A stretch of 64,000 nt of DNA from Octopus vulgaris (Eukaryota), in the NCBI GenBank assembly GCA_951406725.2, contig OX597826.1:81902001-81966000 (forward strand), given 5' to 3'. The stretch's first letter is position 1, and each line of letters opens with the position of its first letter. Below, piece after piece: positions 1 through 13,129 of this stretch. The translations under genes were made by a program, and so were the position numbers. The notes under the pieces were generated by a model. The model was not told the DNA's origin. It did not search any database and saw only the letters and a program-made list of their open reading frames with translations.

Positions 1-108
1 TAAGCATCCCTTTGTTTTTCTCCGCCACTCTTAAATGGCGGTTTTATCTGTGCTTCTGCAGTTTGCGCCTATCGCTTTGTATTGACAAAACTACAGAATC
101 AAACTGAC

Positions 109-408
109 TTTTAGTTGCTTCTTTGTTTGACATTGCATTGTTCTTAATGTTACTAGTGTTGTGATATTGTGCTTGTTATAGCTGTTATCTATACTGATAC
201 TAGTTTTATTTTCTGTTAAGTCTGTTGTATTGTTTGGTGGGAGATGGCCGCGAAAGAGGGTCTCATCTTCAAAATATTCCTCACAGACTGCTGGCAGGAC
301 GGCAAATATGACACCATTTTGAACATTGATTCTTTCGCTTCGAAAAATTTTCCTTCCATTCAAAGTTTGCCTCGTAAGGCAAGTAACCAGAACAGCTACT
401 AATCCTAC
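109..408 (-). CDS. Gene A, coding exon 2: N-terminal extracellular region of a putative secreted or membrane protein (VGLVAVLVTCLTRQTLNGRKIF...TMQCQTKKQLK)
   Basis: Polypyrimidine tract plus AG acceptor (ttgctttcctttttggaagtcctag) ends at 409. The 300 nt are open in phase 0, with a candidate donor AAA|GTCAGT at 108; otherwise the frame stops at 91. Non-repetitive sequence with four N-x-T sequons. Confidence 0.6.
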
Positions 409-544
409 CTAGGACTTCCAAAAAGGAAAGCAAGATACAAACTCACTGAGCTTCACAAATACGTTCAGTTTAGGTGATAATAACTACAACAACACAACAG
501 TAACATGAAAACAACAACAATAATGATTATGATAATAACAACCG

Positions 545-745
545 TTTCTTATCATGGCACAATACCAGTAATATTAAGAAGTGGCAAACCGATTACATCA
601 ACCCCAGTGCTTAAAAGATATTTTATCGACCCCGAAATGATGCCCCGCAATGACGACCTTGGCGGAATTTGAACTCAGAATAAGTCGGACGAAACATCGC
701 TAAACATCTTGTTAGGCTTGCTAACAATTCTGCCAGCTCACCGCT
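545..745 (-). mobile_element. SINE family A (tRNA-derived head, Meta-like central domain), degenerate
   Basis: ggcggaatttgaactcagaa (box B on the minus strand) and ttatcgaccccgaaa are shared with many other copies in the window. Confidence 0.8.
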
Positions 746-1713
746 GTAATAATCATAATTATAAAGGTAAAAATAATAATATTAACAGCAACAAAAACAA
801 CTACAACAATAATGATTTAAACTTTTTGGACAATTAAATTCAAACAGAAATTATGAATCCAATCAGATGTGAAATTAAGTTTTGAGAACTTAAAAAACAA
901 TGGTTTTAAACAATTTTTGAAATATAGATCGATTACTGAATATAATATCTATCATTATTTCAAGCAATGGTTTTCGTACAATCGTCATTTAGCGAAATAG
1001 TTCATCATTACAAAGTGTTCCATGTGGAACTGAGAGGGACATTGTTTTAATATATTTATGGTTAGTTCATTCTTCTTTCCTTTTTTTTTTTTGTTTTTAT
1101 AAAGAAACGCTTTAAAGAATTCTACACAAAAGGAATCAGTTAAGAAGGGAGTAATTGAAATTTAATGAGGTCAGTTCCTCAAATCCTCTTTTCTATTGGA
1201 TTAACTCTTTAATCGTTTTCTATTGTTATTTCTCTTATCAAGATTGAGTTTCTGATCACCAAGATCAAAACAAGTCTTTTATTATTCCAGTAGATAAACC
1301 ATAAGGTTTTGTAGTGCGTACGCATGCACGCACGTTCACACGCTGTTTATCACGATTTTCGGTTTCATATTTTAGTTGTTCCTCTCATTGGTCTATAGCC
1401 ATTGTGGGGTACCGCCAAGACGGGGGTACCCCACAAATTAATCATATCTACAACAATACTTATTTTACGTCAGTTACTGTAAAGGCATATTTTGCCGGAC
1501 TGCTAAGTTACAGCCACGACTATTTGTGAAACCCTGAGAGACAAACAAACACACACACAGGCAAATATACACACACATACATACATACATACATGATCAA
1601 ATATATGTATGTATATATAAATATGTCTGTCTATCTACCAGTACATCTTTATATGTGTGAATGTGTACAAATGAGTAACAGTAGAGGTACAGGCATCTAT
1701 TTTTATATATATA

Positions 1714-1889
1714 CAATAATCCCTCGCCATATCGCGAATTTTTCTGGCTGATATATGTAAATTTATATCGCGGACTCCTCAGTATATCCGGGCTGCTGCG
1801 GCCGATAGGCATTTATTGTATTGTTGGATTCTAATTATTTCTGTGGGAAGTTTTGGAACGTAACACCCGCGATAGTCGAGGGATTGCAG
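1714..1889. mobile_element. Tigger/pogo-like MITE
   Basis: Imperfect TIRs caataatccctcgccatatcgcg and cgcgatagtcgagggattgcag; TA precedes the left end. Confidence 0.65.
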
Positions 1890-1932
1890 CATATACACAT
1901 AAATATCTATAACAAAGTGAAGTTGTAAGGTA

Positions 1933-1991
<59 letters not shown>

Positions 1992-2186
1992 ATAATAAAA
2001 TAGGGTAATAATAAATTATTATTACCAGTGGCCTAACACAAAAATCGAATCAGTCATTAGACTATATATTATTCATATAGAAATGCAATAAGAGGCTTCC
2101 AAATAGGGAAGTGTTGTGCTGGAACACAAAAAGGGATAAATTCATGAAAGGAATGAAAATTAAAACCATTTACCATCTCAACTACA

Positions 2187-2259
2187 TCCCAGACCGACGG
2201 TTTCTAACTATTTCCAGCAAAAAAAATGTATTTGCCGAAGGCAAGTTTCTTCAGTGGGA
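2187..2259 (-). ncRNA. Type I hammerhead ribozyme motif in a PLE terminus
   Basis: Minus strand reads UCCCA-CUGAAGA-AACU...AGUU-A-GAAA-CCG-U-CGG-UC|UGGGA: 5-bp stem I, near-palindromic stem III and a GUC cleavage triplet. Confidence 0.7.
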
Positions 2260-2371
2260 CAGCCTTAATAATCTTGATGTACAGACTGTTAGATCCACAT
2301 GTAGATCTAATGGTTTGTAAATCCTAACTTTTCAAATCTCTGCGCAGACGCAAATCATACCCTGTCGCCGA

Positions 2372-2408
<37 letters not shown>

Positions 2409-2528
2409 GCGAAGATATCATTCACTCTGTTATTTTCTAGTATAACAATTTTTAAATAACAGAATCAATAATATAGGCGGTTGCAGCACCCCGCCCCAAG
2501 CATTAAATAGCTTAAATGTCCTTTGATC

Positions 2529-2566
<38 letters not shown>

Positions 2567-2567
2567 G

Positions 2568-2605
<38 letters not shown>

Positions 2606-2779
2606 ATATTGTTCTTTCTTACGAAATATATAGAACTGCTAAGAGGTGCTCAGGTCGAACCCGAGAAAAAGATAGGCAATCATATCCATACATTCATAAA
2701 TTCGACTTAAAATGCGAATACATATATTAATACATATCGACGCATATGAATATTTAAAAATATATAAAATATAAATATG

Positions 2780-3070
2780 CATAAAAATACATGTAAATAA
2801 AGCCCATGTGGGAAACGTATGGAAGGAAGCGTGAGAAATAGAGGACCGAAAGAAGAGGACTGAATAAAGTTTCTGTTTTACACTGAAATTAAGAGCGGTT
2901 AAGAGTTTCGATTAGAAGATCCATAGAGTTCGTCGTGTTTTTTAAAAATATAAATGAAGGTATAGAAGGTATATAATGCAGTTGGAGGACGTTCGCTTTC
3001 AACGACCGTTTCTAGAACTCATGTCCTGGTAGAAAAATTAATAAATCTTACAAACCGTGTGGACATCGTA
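2780..3070 (-). mobile_element. Probable PLE pLTR/ORF-start remnant
   Basis: GAAACGGTCGTT hammerhead 3' half followed by a decayed pyrimidine-rich reading frame (MDLLIETLNRS*...SRFLPYVSH). Confidence 0.4.
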
Positions 3071-3081
3071 TATATGTGCTT

Positions 3082-3119
<38 letters not shown>

Positions 3120-4124
3120 TATGATCTATGTTTGTGTGTGAAAATATATGAGCCTAACCATCGACAAAAACCGTCCCAGCAGTGGACTACGAGACATTAA
3201 GGGACATATTTAGGACCACATTATTCAATGAATTTTACCACTTATATAGGATAAAATGTTGTGGGCCAAGGAAATTTGTGTGAGGAAATTTGTGCAATGT
3301 CTTAAGCGCAAAGGGACCTTGGAGGGGTTTTGTCGGTAAAACACGTTTGAAGGGAGTCACGAAATGTCCAAGGAAGTCATGTATTGCATTTCTGTTTTGG
3401 GAAGTCAAGTAATTTCCATGTACTTTCGATGTACTTAAGCAATGTTACATATATAGGGATGTATTCATCTGATAGTCTATGAAATATCTATATGTTCTGT
3501 AAATTCTATATAGGCGTAGAATCTTTTCATATGTGAAAAAGACACATTTTTCTTACCGTTATTTATTGTTTTTATCAACATACTGTTTTTTTGACTACTC
3601 AACAATCGAATGAATTCATACAACCATTTGAAAAGAAAAGAAAAAAACTTTCGCATTGATAAATTCTCCCTTTCTGTGTAAAATACCGTTTGCAAGATTC
3701 GTGATATGTATCACGTTCTTTATTTTTCATCTTGTACTTTTTTTTCAATGTGTTCTTGATTGTTTCCTGTTTTTCCCCAATTCCTTTTACATATATAGTA
3801 CACAGTACACTTCAACTAAAAGCCGAACGAATCATTATTTTTCTTCTTCTGGTATTCAAAGAATAATAAAGAAATTGTTATTAGTAGAGAATAGTACAGT
3901 TTAATTTAGAAATAACCACTGTTTGAATTCTGTTACTTCTTTTTGGCGTAGATTAAAGCTCAGGAATAAGATGTGATACCATTTGAAAATAGTGTGTAAA
4001 ACATGTCTTTCTATTGGGGAATGGCTTTCATTTTTTCTTTTCCTTTTTACTGTACAACCATTCATTTACATTCGCTCGTTTACGAGAGAAAAAGTTTGGT
4101 GAAAACTAAATGAATGCACAAATG

Positions 4125-4157
<33 letters not shown>

Positions 4158-4637
4158 ATAGAATATATGTGCCTGGAGGTAAAGTGAACTCGTGTGTACG
4201 CAATGGTACGATGTTGTATGTGCAACAGTGTGCGCAGTGTCAATGCTGTATGTATATATCAGTGTTTGATGGCGTGTGGCGACGTCATGTCTATGTCAGT
4301 AATGATGGGTGCGATGGTATGTGGATGTAGATTTACGTGAGGGGGTGTGTCAATGTGGGTACGATCGTGTGCGCATGCATTTACATATGTGCGTACGTTT
4401 AGACGGCTGTTGCATGCTTATGTGTGGGTGTGCGTTACAGTTCCTAACACTGAAATCTCAGCAGGTAAACATCAACACGAAATATTGAATGTAAAAAATA
4501 TCTTATATTACAGAAATTGAATGAATTCGCAAAACGACAAAATGAAGCAGAATCTATGAAGATCGCGGCCAACGTTCATAGAGTCATACATTCTATATGC
4601 CATCTGTTATGACAGAATCTATGAACCTCAGACTCAC

Positions 4638-4673
4638 ATGCTGCGAAAGCTTTGATTTAGGGTTCACTTTCAT
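4638..4673 (-). CDS. Gene A, first coding exon (MKVNPKSKLSQH); exon spans 4638-4712 including 5'UTR
   Basis: Acceptor catattatag ends at 4713, an in-frame stop precedes the ATG at 4673, and there is a consensus donor CAT|GTGAGT. The phase-0 join to the 408 exon gives a basic n-region plus hydrophobic h-region resembling a signal peptide. Confidence 0.5.
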
Positions 4674-4776
4674 AACGCAGCAGCTTGGTCAAGCTTTCTC
4701 ACTTGTGATTACCTATAATATGTGAATGACATTTGGCAGAGGGAAGATAAATAAGCATAAATGAACAGCGGTATAC

Positions 4777-4836
4777 CTGTCAGCCATAGGTATCCCAAAT
4801 TACTTCAAATAATATATCTACTTTATATTATTATGC
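4777..4836 (-). other. Possible 5'UTR exon of gene A
   Basis: Strong acceptor ttttattgttttatag and donor CAG|GTATAC. Stops in all frames. Would leave a short 64-nt intron. Confidence 0.25.
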
Positions 4837-5066
4837 CTATAAAACAATAAAAAAGTTGCTTGTCAGAAGTGGAATATACAGTACATACACACATACACAC
4901 ATATATATACTACCCTGATCGAAGAGACTTATGGCTATTCTATTTAAGTTATAAAATGTATCACTTCGCTTTCCTAAAACGGACCTTTGTTAGCTCAATA
5001 GCATGCATTCTGGAATCTCGGTTCCGGAGACAAAAAACACCCTGAAGTTATCCACTGAATAAATAA

Positions 5067-5095
<29 letters not shown>

Positions 5096-5100
<5 letters not shown>

Positions 5101-5280
5101 AGAGTTTACGAAAAAAAACAAAAGACGAAGACAGGTGGTGTACAAAACAAACAGATGTATTAGGATAACGCTCAGGAATAGAAAAAGTCTTTTATGTTTC
5201 GAGCGTACGCTCTTCTACAGAAAGGGACACAGAAAAAACAAGGAGAGAAAAAAATGTGTGTAGTGGCTAATGATCTATAC
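5096..5280 (-). mobile_element. Short PLE terminus beside (TA)n with a degenerate hammerhead (CUGUAGA-A-GAGC-guac-GCUC-GAAA)
   Basis: Close copy at 8058-8250; both begin directly at a (TA)n tract. Confidence 0.7.
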
Positions 5281-5465
5281 ATGGACACATACATGGAATA
5301 TATTGTGGCTAGCGCTTAATGGAAAGCACTTTCTCTTGAGCAATGGAGATAAAATCTAGTCAAAGCTAACCGTTGTTTTGATTTACTTAACCTCCTAACA
5401 GTAATAAATCGGAGAGAATTCAATACAACAAGAAATACTTTAATGATTTAATACAGAGAGATTTA

Positions 5466-5651
5466 AAGGCGGCGAGCTGGCAAAAACGTTGTCACGCCGG
5501 GCGTTCTGAGTTCAAATTCTGCCAGTGTCGACTTTGCCTTTCATCGTTTCGGGGTCGATAAGTTAAGTACCAGTTGTGTACTGGAGTCGTTCTAATCGAC
5601 TGGCCCCCTCTCCCAAAATTTCGGGCCTTGTGCCTAGAGTAGAAAAGAATA
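5466..5651 (+). mobile_element. SINE family A with internal deletion
   Basis: Head ggcggcgagctggca, box B gagttcaaattc, core gcctttcatcgtttcggggtcgataagttaagtaccag, tail gccttgtgcctagagtagaaaaga. Confidence 0.9.
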
Positions 5652-5819
5652 TACAGTTATTTAACAGCGTAGACTAAAGTGCTCTGCCGCCGCCGCTACC
5701 CCTGTCGCCGCCGCCGCCTCCATCACACGCTGGTCACGTCACTCCTTGAATGTTATAAATATTGCTCAGTAAGGCTAGAAATTGTATATTAGATATAGCA
5801 GAAAAGAAATAAATACGGG

Positions 5820-5992
5820 TTTCAAATTTTGGCACAAGGTCAGCAATGTCAGGGCTGCGCTAAGTCGATTAAAGCGACCCCAGTGCTCAACTGGTACTTG
5901 ATTTATCGATCACGGAAAAAATAAAGTCGACCCCCGCTGTATTTGAACCCGATGAGCATTTTGCCTGGCGTCCTAACGATTCTACCAGCTCG
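5820..5992 (-). mobile_element. SINE family A, degenerate, inverted relative to the 5466 copy
   Basis: Shared motifs ggcacaagg, cgaccccagtgctcaactggtac, gattctaccagctcg. Confidence 0.75.
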
Positions 5993-6839
5993 GTTTTAAA
6001 AGAAAATAAATATAAAGGGCGAAGAAAAGAATATCTATCGCATCTAAGGCCTAACTCTGCATTGATATTAAGGAACGTTTCGAACGGTTCTCTGATTGCC
6101 ATATAATTTCAATGTTACGCAATTAGTTGTAAGTCTTAGTAATGTCCCCTGGTAATGCTGTGCGATTATTAATATAATGGACAAGAATCACAAAAACATG
6201 ATTTGAACTTTTCGGATGATTGAGAAAAATCCCTAGGGATTCCCGGTGTATCAAAACTTAATATTAAAGAGCAGTGGGATTTTTTTAAATTGAAATTTAT
6301 TACTTAAAATGAATCGATCGAAAGGCGTCATTCCAAATATCTTGGCTTATTACAATAAATGTTTGCGACCAATTTTTAGTAATTCACTGATATTTTTTTC
6401 TAGTTAATATTTTATGTCATTAGAACGAAACAAATACCAAGTTAGCATTGAACGGAGAATCCCAATTAATGATGTAATTAGACTCTGGAGATAAATTTAT
6501 TTGTCAAACCGTTTCTTTATCACCAGAGAAAGAAGGAAAAAGATAAAACATGCAAGTGCTTAATTTTAAGCAAAATTCGGGAAAATATGAAGAGATGATT
6601 CTCTTCCAGTCTCTTCCACATCATCCTCTTGAATCTTCAATACCATCCTCTCCATCCCCCCTGGTACTCAACCCCACCATCACCATACTCCATGCATTCT
6701 TCGGAGGAAGCTGTTACTTGGAGCCAAACGGAATCAACAATAAGAACGAAATCCACAAACGGAACCGGCCTTGAAGTAAAATATACTCGAGCTAATGAGG
6801 CTGGCAATATTTTACGCGTAGGAATAAAAAAAACTCCTT

Positions 6840-7470
6840 GACCAGGTTTGTTGATGTCAGGCAAAACAAAAACAACTTAACTACACTCTTCTATTCTCTC
6901 GTTTGTCGAATGTCCTGCCTGAAACCCCAGTTTCACAAATTCGATTTTCGAACCTTGGGCCTAAACATAAATCTAATGTCAAAGCAAGACTGGTGGAATA
7001 TTCCCATCAAAACTTCTGTCAAATGTAAGCACGACAGGCCAGATATTGTTGTTTGGGAGACAGGGGCAAAGGTATGTATCATCATAAGGGTTAACTGCCC
7101 TACAGATATAAATAGCTCTTTGAAAATCAAAGAAAAAGAGGATGTCTATGGACAAAGTACTTCGAAACCTCCAGCTTCTATATCCAGACTATGAATTCAT
7201 ATTCATACCGATAATAATTGGAACACTAGGTTTTGTTAGTAAATGCTTAAAGAAGAATCTGGATAAACTGGGATTTTCAGAAAGAGAAATCGACCGGTTA
7301 ATTCATACATTAGAAGTGCAATCTGTGAGTGGAACAGTAAAAATATGCAAGACTTTTCTCAACTTCCAAATGTGAATTTGTCTATGTTAACTACATCGCA
7401 AAGATGGAGTCTTGCATCTTTGCTGGAAACCGGCTCCCTCTTCAGTGGAAGAGTTATAATAATTAAAAAA
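6840..7470 (+). mobile_element. 3' fragment of an R4/Dong-like non-LTR retrotransposon (REL endonuclease), frameshifted
   Basis: WWNIPIKT...HDRPDIVVW...VNCP...KEKEDVYG then IPIIIGTLG...VKICKTFL across two ORFs matches a restriction-like endonuclease C-terminus; A-rich tail. Confidence 0.85.
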
Positions 7471-7999
7471 AAGATACATACATAAATGCATACACGCACG
7501 CGCGCACAGACACATACACACACGCACATTTCATTTATTTAAAGGGCACAATACAGGTATTTCGGCGCTACTTATAATTTCATATGATGGGAAATACTCG
7601 AGCATATTCTTCAGGCGCAAACCACAACAAACTAGAAAATTGAATACTAGAAGAAACGCGAAAAACCTGAGAAGGCAGCATATAGAAATACCTTACACAA
7701 GATTCTGTAACAAAGTAGATACAGCCAATACATTAGTCAAAAGATTGAGAGGTTTCTTTCAACATCAAAGCTTTGTTCATACAAATTGAAACAGATTGAA
7801 ATTGGAGAAATTTCTATATTGTACGGGAGAACTTGCTATCAATGATTCCGATAACGTAATACAGTGATTCGCCTTATGGAAATGACTAGGGGTCTCAACG
7901 TTGCATTTCTCTGCTTGTCTGTATGAGTATCCCTATCCCTTTATGCATATATATGTGTGTGTGTGTATACATATATATACATACACATATGTATATATT

Positions 8000-8057
<58 letters not shown>

Positions 8058-8059
<2 letters not shown>

Positions 8060-8248
8060 GGGAGAGTTTACGAAAAAAAAAAAACAAAAGACGAAGACAG
8101 GTGGTGTACAAAACAAACAGATGTATTAATATATCGCTCAGGAATAGAAAAAGTCTTTTATGTTTCGATCCTACGCTCTTCTACAAAAAGGGACACAGAA
8201 AAAACAAGGAGAGAAAAAATTTGTGTAGTGGCTAACGATCTATCATCG

Positions 8249-8250
<2 letters not shown>
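8058..8250 (-). mobile_element. Second copy of the 5096 PLE-terminus family
   Basis: Direct similarity to 5096-5280; flanked by (TA)n. Confidence 0.75.
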
Positions 8251-8279
<29 letters not shown>

Positions 8280-8689
8280 TAGGTACTGTAAATTTAGAGT
8301 GAATACTTGATAAGTGTAAGCATCTGTATATGCCAGATAGTGGTAGAGGTGAGAGACTATATCAAATATAAATTAAAAACTGAACACAAAGGATATCGCG
8401 GTTCACGTGTTTCAAGCTTTATAAACAATCCGTTATAACATCAGTGTATCATCGATATAAAAGATGGTTTAAATCTCCCTTCAGCCGCAAACATTGTTAG
8501 CCCAAAGATTACATCACAATATAAAAAGTACACGTTGTATTACCCATTATAATAGGTTTATCATATCTCCTTGAAAAAGTATATTTGTATAATTGTATAG
8601 ATCTATAAAGATTCATTGGATTTATACAATTATACATTTTCAAGGAGATATGATAAACCTATTATAATGGGTAATACTACGTGTACTTT
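8280..8689 (-). mobile_element. PLE terminus with decayed hammerhead (8397-8489) and foldback inverted repeat (8525-8689)
   Basis: Minus strand GCGG-CUGAAGG...GAAA-CACGUG-AA-CCGC, plus inverted arms of about 75 bp. Confidence 0.55.
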
Positions 8690-8845
8690 ATACATACATA
8701 TATATACATACGCTCACACATATTTCTTCTATCTTCAATCGCAATTGTTTGCAAAGACATATTCGTATACGGAGGTTCGTATCCTTCAGGCATGGTCCTG
8801 AATTCTGCTGAACATCTGTAGAGATCATCTTAAAACGTGTGTGTA

Positions 8846-8919
<74 letters not shown>

Positions 8920-9357
8920 ACATACATACCTGCATGTATGTTGTGCCTGTATGTTCGTTTTTGTGTAGATTTTTGTTTATATGTATGCGTTTACGAATGT
9001 ATTTCTGAATTTGTATGCTTTATGTCTTTTATAAATTTCAGGCAAATTTATCATAAAAGATCATTTCTTGGTATCGATTCCAAAATTTGTAAAATGGTTT
9101 GAAGAGCGTATTAAAGGATGGAAAAACAAGGAAAGAACTGTTCAAGTGAGAGACTGATAAAGAAGAAGATAACAAGGGGGATTGGGGGCGGTTATCACAG
9201 AGGGTGCGAACACTCAACTGTAATAATATTGCAAATCTGTACACACGCGCAAACGGACACACACAAAGATGCATGCATACATGCATACATACATACATAC
9301 ATACACATACACTCGCACGCGTGCACCTATACACATGTTCACAGAAATACTCACGTA

Positions 9358-9583
9358 TATTTCTTTACTGCCCACAAGGGGCTAAACATAGAGGAGACAA
9401 ACAAGGACAGACAAACGGATTAAGTCGATTATATCGACCCCAGCGTGAAACTGGTACTTATTTAATCGACCCCGAAAGGATGAAAGGCAAAGTCGACCTC
9501 GGCAGAATTTGAACTCAGAATTTAACGACAGATGAAATACCGCCAAGCATTTCGTGCTAACGTTTCTGCCAGCTCGCCGCCTT
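9358..9583 (-). mobile_element. SINE family A, near full length, tail type 2
   Basis: Complete head and core; tail cccacaaggggctaaacatagagg...ggacagacaaacggatt. Confidence 0.92.
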
Positions 9584-9689
9584 TATATGTATATATACTC
9601 ACATATATACATACGGAAACATATATATACACACACATGAATGTGAGTATACGTATATATAAAATCTATACATAGATATCAATACGAAC

Positions 9690-9732
<43 letters not shown>

Positions 9733-12700
9733 TAAATAAATAGAGAGAGATATATAGATAGATAGATGCATATATATATATAATGAATTTATGTTACTCA
9801 TCAGCAAATCCGTTTAACCACCTAAAATCCGTTTCCTACTCCTACGCAACCCACAAATCGTTGGTGACGACGTCTTGACACATACAAAAATATATCAGAG
9901 GCGATTATTACATTCCGAATTCTCTATTTAATCATTGCTTGGATGCGGTTTGAAATGTTGAGCTTCAAAATTCCAAGAGTCATGTACAAGAGTAGTAGTA
10001 GTAGTGATGGTGGTATTATTTGTAGTAGTATTACTAGTAATAATAGTAGTAGTAGCGGCAGCAGCAGCTATTCCAGCAGTAGTAGTACTAAAAGCATTAT
10101 CAACATCTTATGTATTATGTCTCTTAACGTATAACTATAGAAGACATTCCCATCGAAAGCGTTCCATCTTCTTTCCTTTTCTGTATCTTTCTGTTCCTTT
10201 CCCTTTCTTCTGGCTTTAGTGTATCTTGCACTACGTAATCCACTTTTATAGACAGTATGTTATATGAGGCAGATTCAGTTGCTGTTTCTAGCATGTCTAA
10301 TATGTTGTCATGTTGTTCACAATTCTGGAAACTGATTTTTTTTGTCCCTCAGAGACACCCGTTTTTCATTCGTGGAGACTTTTTTCCCTTCATTTAGAGG
10401 TATTCGATTTGTTTCTTTATAAAGATTTCTTCGATGTCTCCTTTATAGATTAAAGCACCTCCCTTCATTCATCGTCGAGATAACCTTTGTTGACTTATAA
10501 GGACATCCTTGTTATATCAGAGATAAATTTAGCTGGGTCCATGGAGCACATGTTTTGACCCAGGTTTACTTTCCTTTCGGAGGTTCTGGTTATTGGATCA
10601 TAATTCGGTTGCCTCATAGGAGCAACCAGTGTTGCTGACTCAAAGAAGCTTCGATGCTGTTTCATAAACGCATGCTGTTCTTTGAAAATGTCATCCGTAC
10701 TTGAAGCAGGAATATGGAACACAAGAATGATGAGATTTGCGGCGCCTTCACAAGTGTCATCAATACGAAGTTTAGCTTGACTTTTCCGTGATTGAATTTA
10801 AATGTTAATAAATATCTCTAATTGAACTAATTAAAACTAATTGATTTTTACGATTTATTTTACTATTCACTTTCTTTTCTTTCTACACAGCGAAACGAAG
10901 CACTCAGTTATCGATAAACCGATCTGCAGAAATTAATTTGGCTTTTAAATTTTAATTATAAAATTTCTTTAACGTAATGAATTATGTGTTTATATATATA
11001 TATATATATGCTTTCTACACAGTTACACACACACACACACACTCGCACGCTCACGTTGACATACGCATACACTAGCGTGCATGGAGATGTACGATTTTGA
11101 TACATGGTGAAAATGTTCTAGCAACAGAGTTACGTATTTAGTAATTAATTGGCAGAATTCTCACAGACGCGAGTAACTTTAACGGAATTTCTAAGCCTAA
11201 GAAGACACGAGATGTGACAAGGATGGATCATTTAATTTAAGTTAGAATCCCTGAGACGGGTTTCTGCACAATTACAATAAAAAAGAATTCGATACCACGC
11301 TGTGATCGAAACCGAGAAGTCAGCAATGATGAAGCGAACTTTTTAGTCACTCGGCTATATGCATTAAGTACACGCACACACTAGCAGATGGCTTAATCAG
11401 TAGAAGAGTAATGAATATAACTACGAAAAAGGGATCCCTTTAACCCTTTGGGCAAATGAACGCTTTGAAAGTGATTAAAAAGACTAATTTTTACAATGGT
11501 TGACAGTTTTGTCGGCGTAATACAACGAGCAAATCCCTTTTGTCTAACGATCACGGACTGCTTTTAATATACAGACCATGAAATAGTTAAAGAGTTTATT
11601 CAACACAAATGTACTTAAAGAAATTCAAAAAAGTTCATTCTAAGATTAGTATAAATTTTATCATTACACGAAGGGGAAGCGATTTAGCAGAGTTGTCAAA
11701 GCCTTGGCTCGAAAGCCATGCAAAAGAGAAACTGCTTATTGTGGTTATTTATTGACAATTTAAAGGGATCAGTAATTTATTTCTTCTTGTATAATTCATA
11801 CAACTTTTAAGTTTATCTTTATAGGTTTCCTACTGAGTTCAGAGCCAGCACTGAGTGTTACAAAGTTTAGTAAACGAACGTCTATGTAAGCAGTGCGATC
11901 GAAGACAGACAAAGTAATGGGTGTATACATGCGTATTTCAAGAGTTATTGCTCTTTCCTCAGCATCACTGCCAACCTAACGACTATCTACAATCACACTG
12001 TTTAAATATCCATTAAGTTTAGTGGCATAACACTTTTCGATTGACTAATTTACGCGTAAATACGTATCAATTGCTGGTAAGTACGAAAAGAAACGTGTTC
12101 TTGCAAACAATTATTTAATGCAACAAACAGCTGAGATGAGAAAGAGTCAAAATTTTGCAGATAATGGAGAATATCAAATACGAGTCCGTGTAGGTGGTTG
12201 TTTGGTAGAGGAATGATAGAGTTGTATGGGGGTCGGACAAAATGCTTAGTGGCGTTCATTCATCTCCCTGTATGCTGACATAGAATCTCCCCTAAGTCAG
12301 CATTGCTTTTCATCTATTTGGAATCAAGAAATAAAAGTAACAGTCTGGAGCAGTGAGCATTTGAGTATCGGACGAGAAACCTTGCTGTTCCTGTTACGAC
12401 TCGTGTTCCGAGTTCACCTTCTACTTAGATGCCGGTGGTCATTGCAAATTGCTCGTCTAGACGAGCATCCTTCTTCAACCTGTAATTGGCCACTGTAAAT
12501 AGGAAGGTCCACCACCAGCGTAGGCAATCAGCAAATGCATGCTGAAACTTCATACAATAGCGGGTAAATAACGACTTGATATAAGGAAAACGATAAAAAA
12601 AAAATCGACAATTCATGCTTCTAAACATGACTTGTAAGAAAACGAAAATTTACTCTCATCACAAAGGCATAAGAATGGAAATCAGCGAGTGAACATTTTA

Positions 12701-13129
12701 AAAATTAAAATACATTAATTGTAACTAAACATGAAACTGTCGTAGTTCTGAAATTAATTGTAAATGACACGTGTCATGGAAATGCTAGCTACGGAAAATA
12801 CCGAAATGTTACGAGTAATAAGCACATGTTACTGATGTTTACTCTTTAAGTCGTTAAAAATTTGATTTTCTTCAGAATCAAACGAATGAGCGAGAAGTTT
12901 AATGCTTATATTTTCTAGTTAGTTAGAGTGTGTGTGTGTATATGTGTGTTAATATATATGTGTGTATGCCTGTTATTGTGCGAATCTCCGTTTGAGGAGA
13001 GTCTCAGGTGAACAATTTCGGAGAGCAAGATAAGTCAGTTGCAAAGCTAATATCCAAGGAAAACATGAAGATGTCGCCATCGATTAAATCAATATCTATA
13101 AAGCTGGAATGCGAAAAACTTGTTTGATT

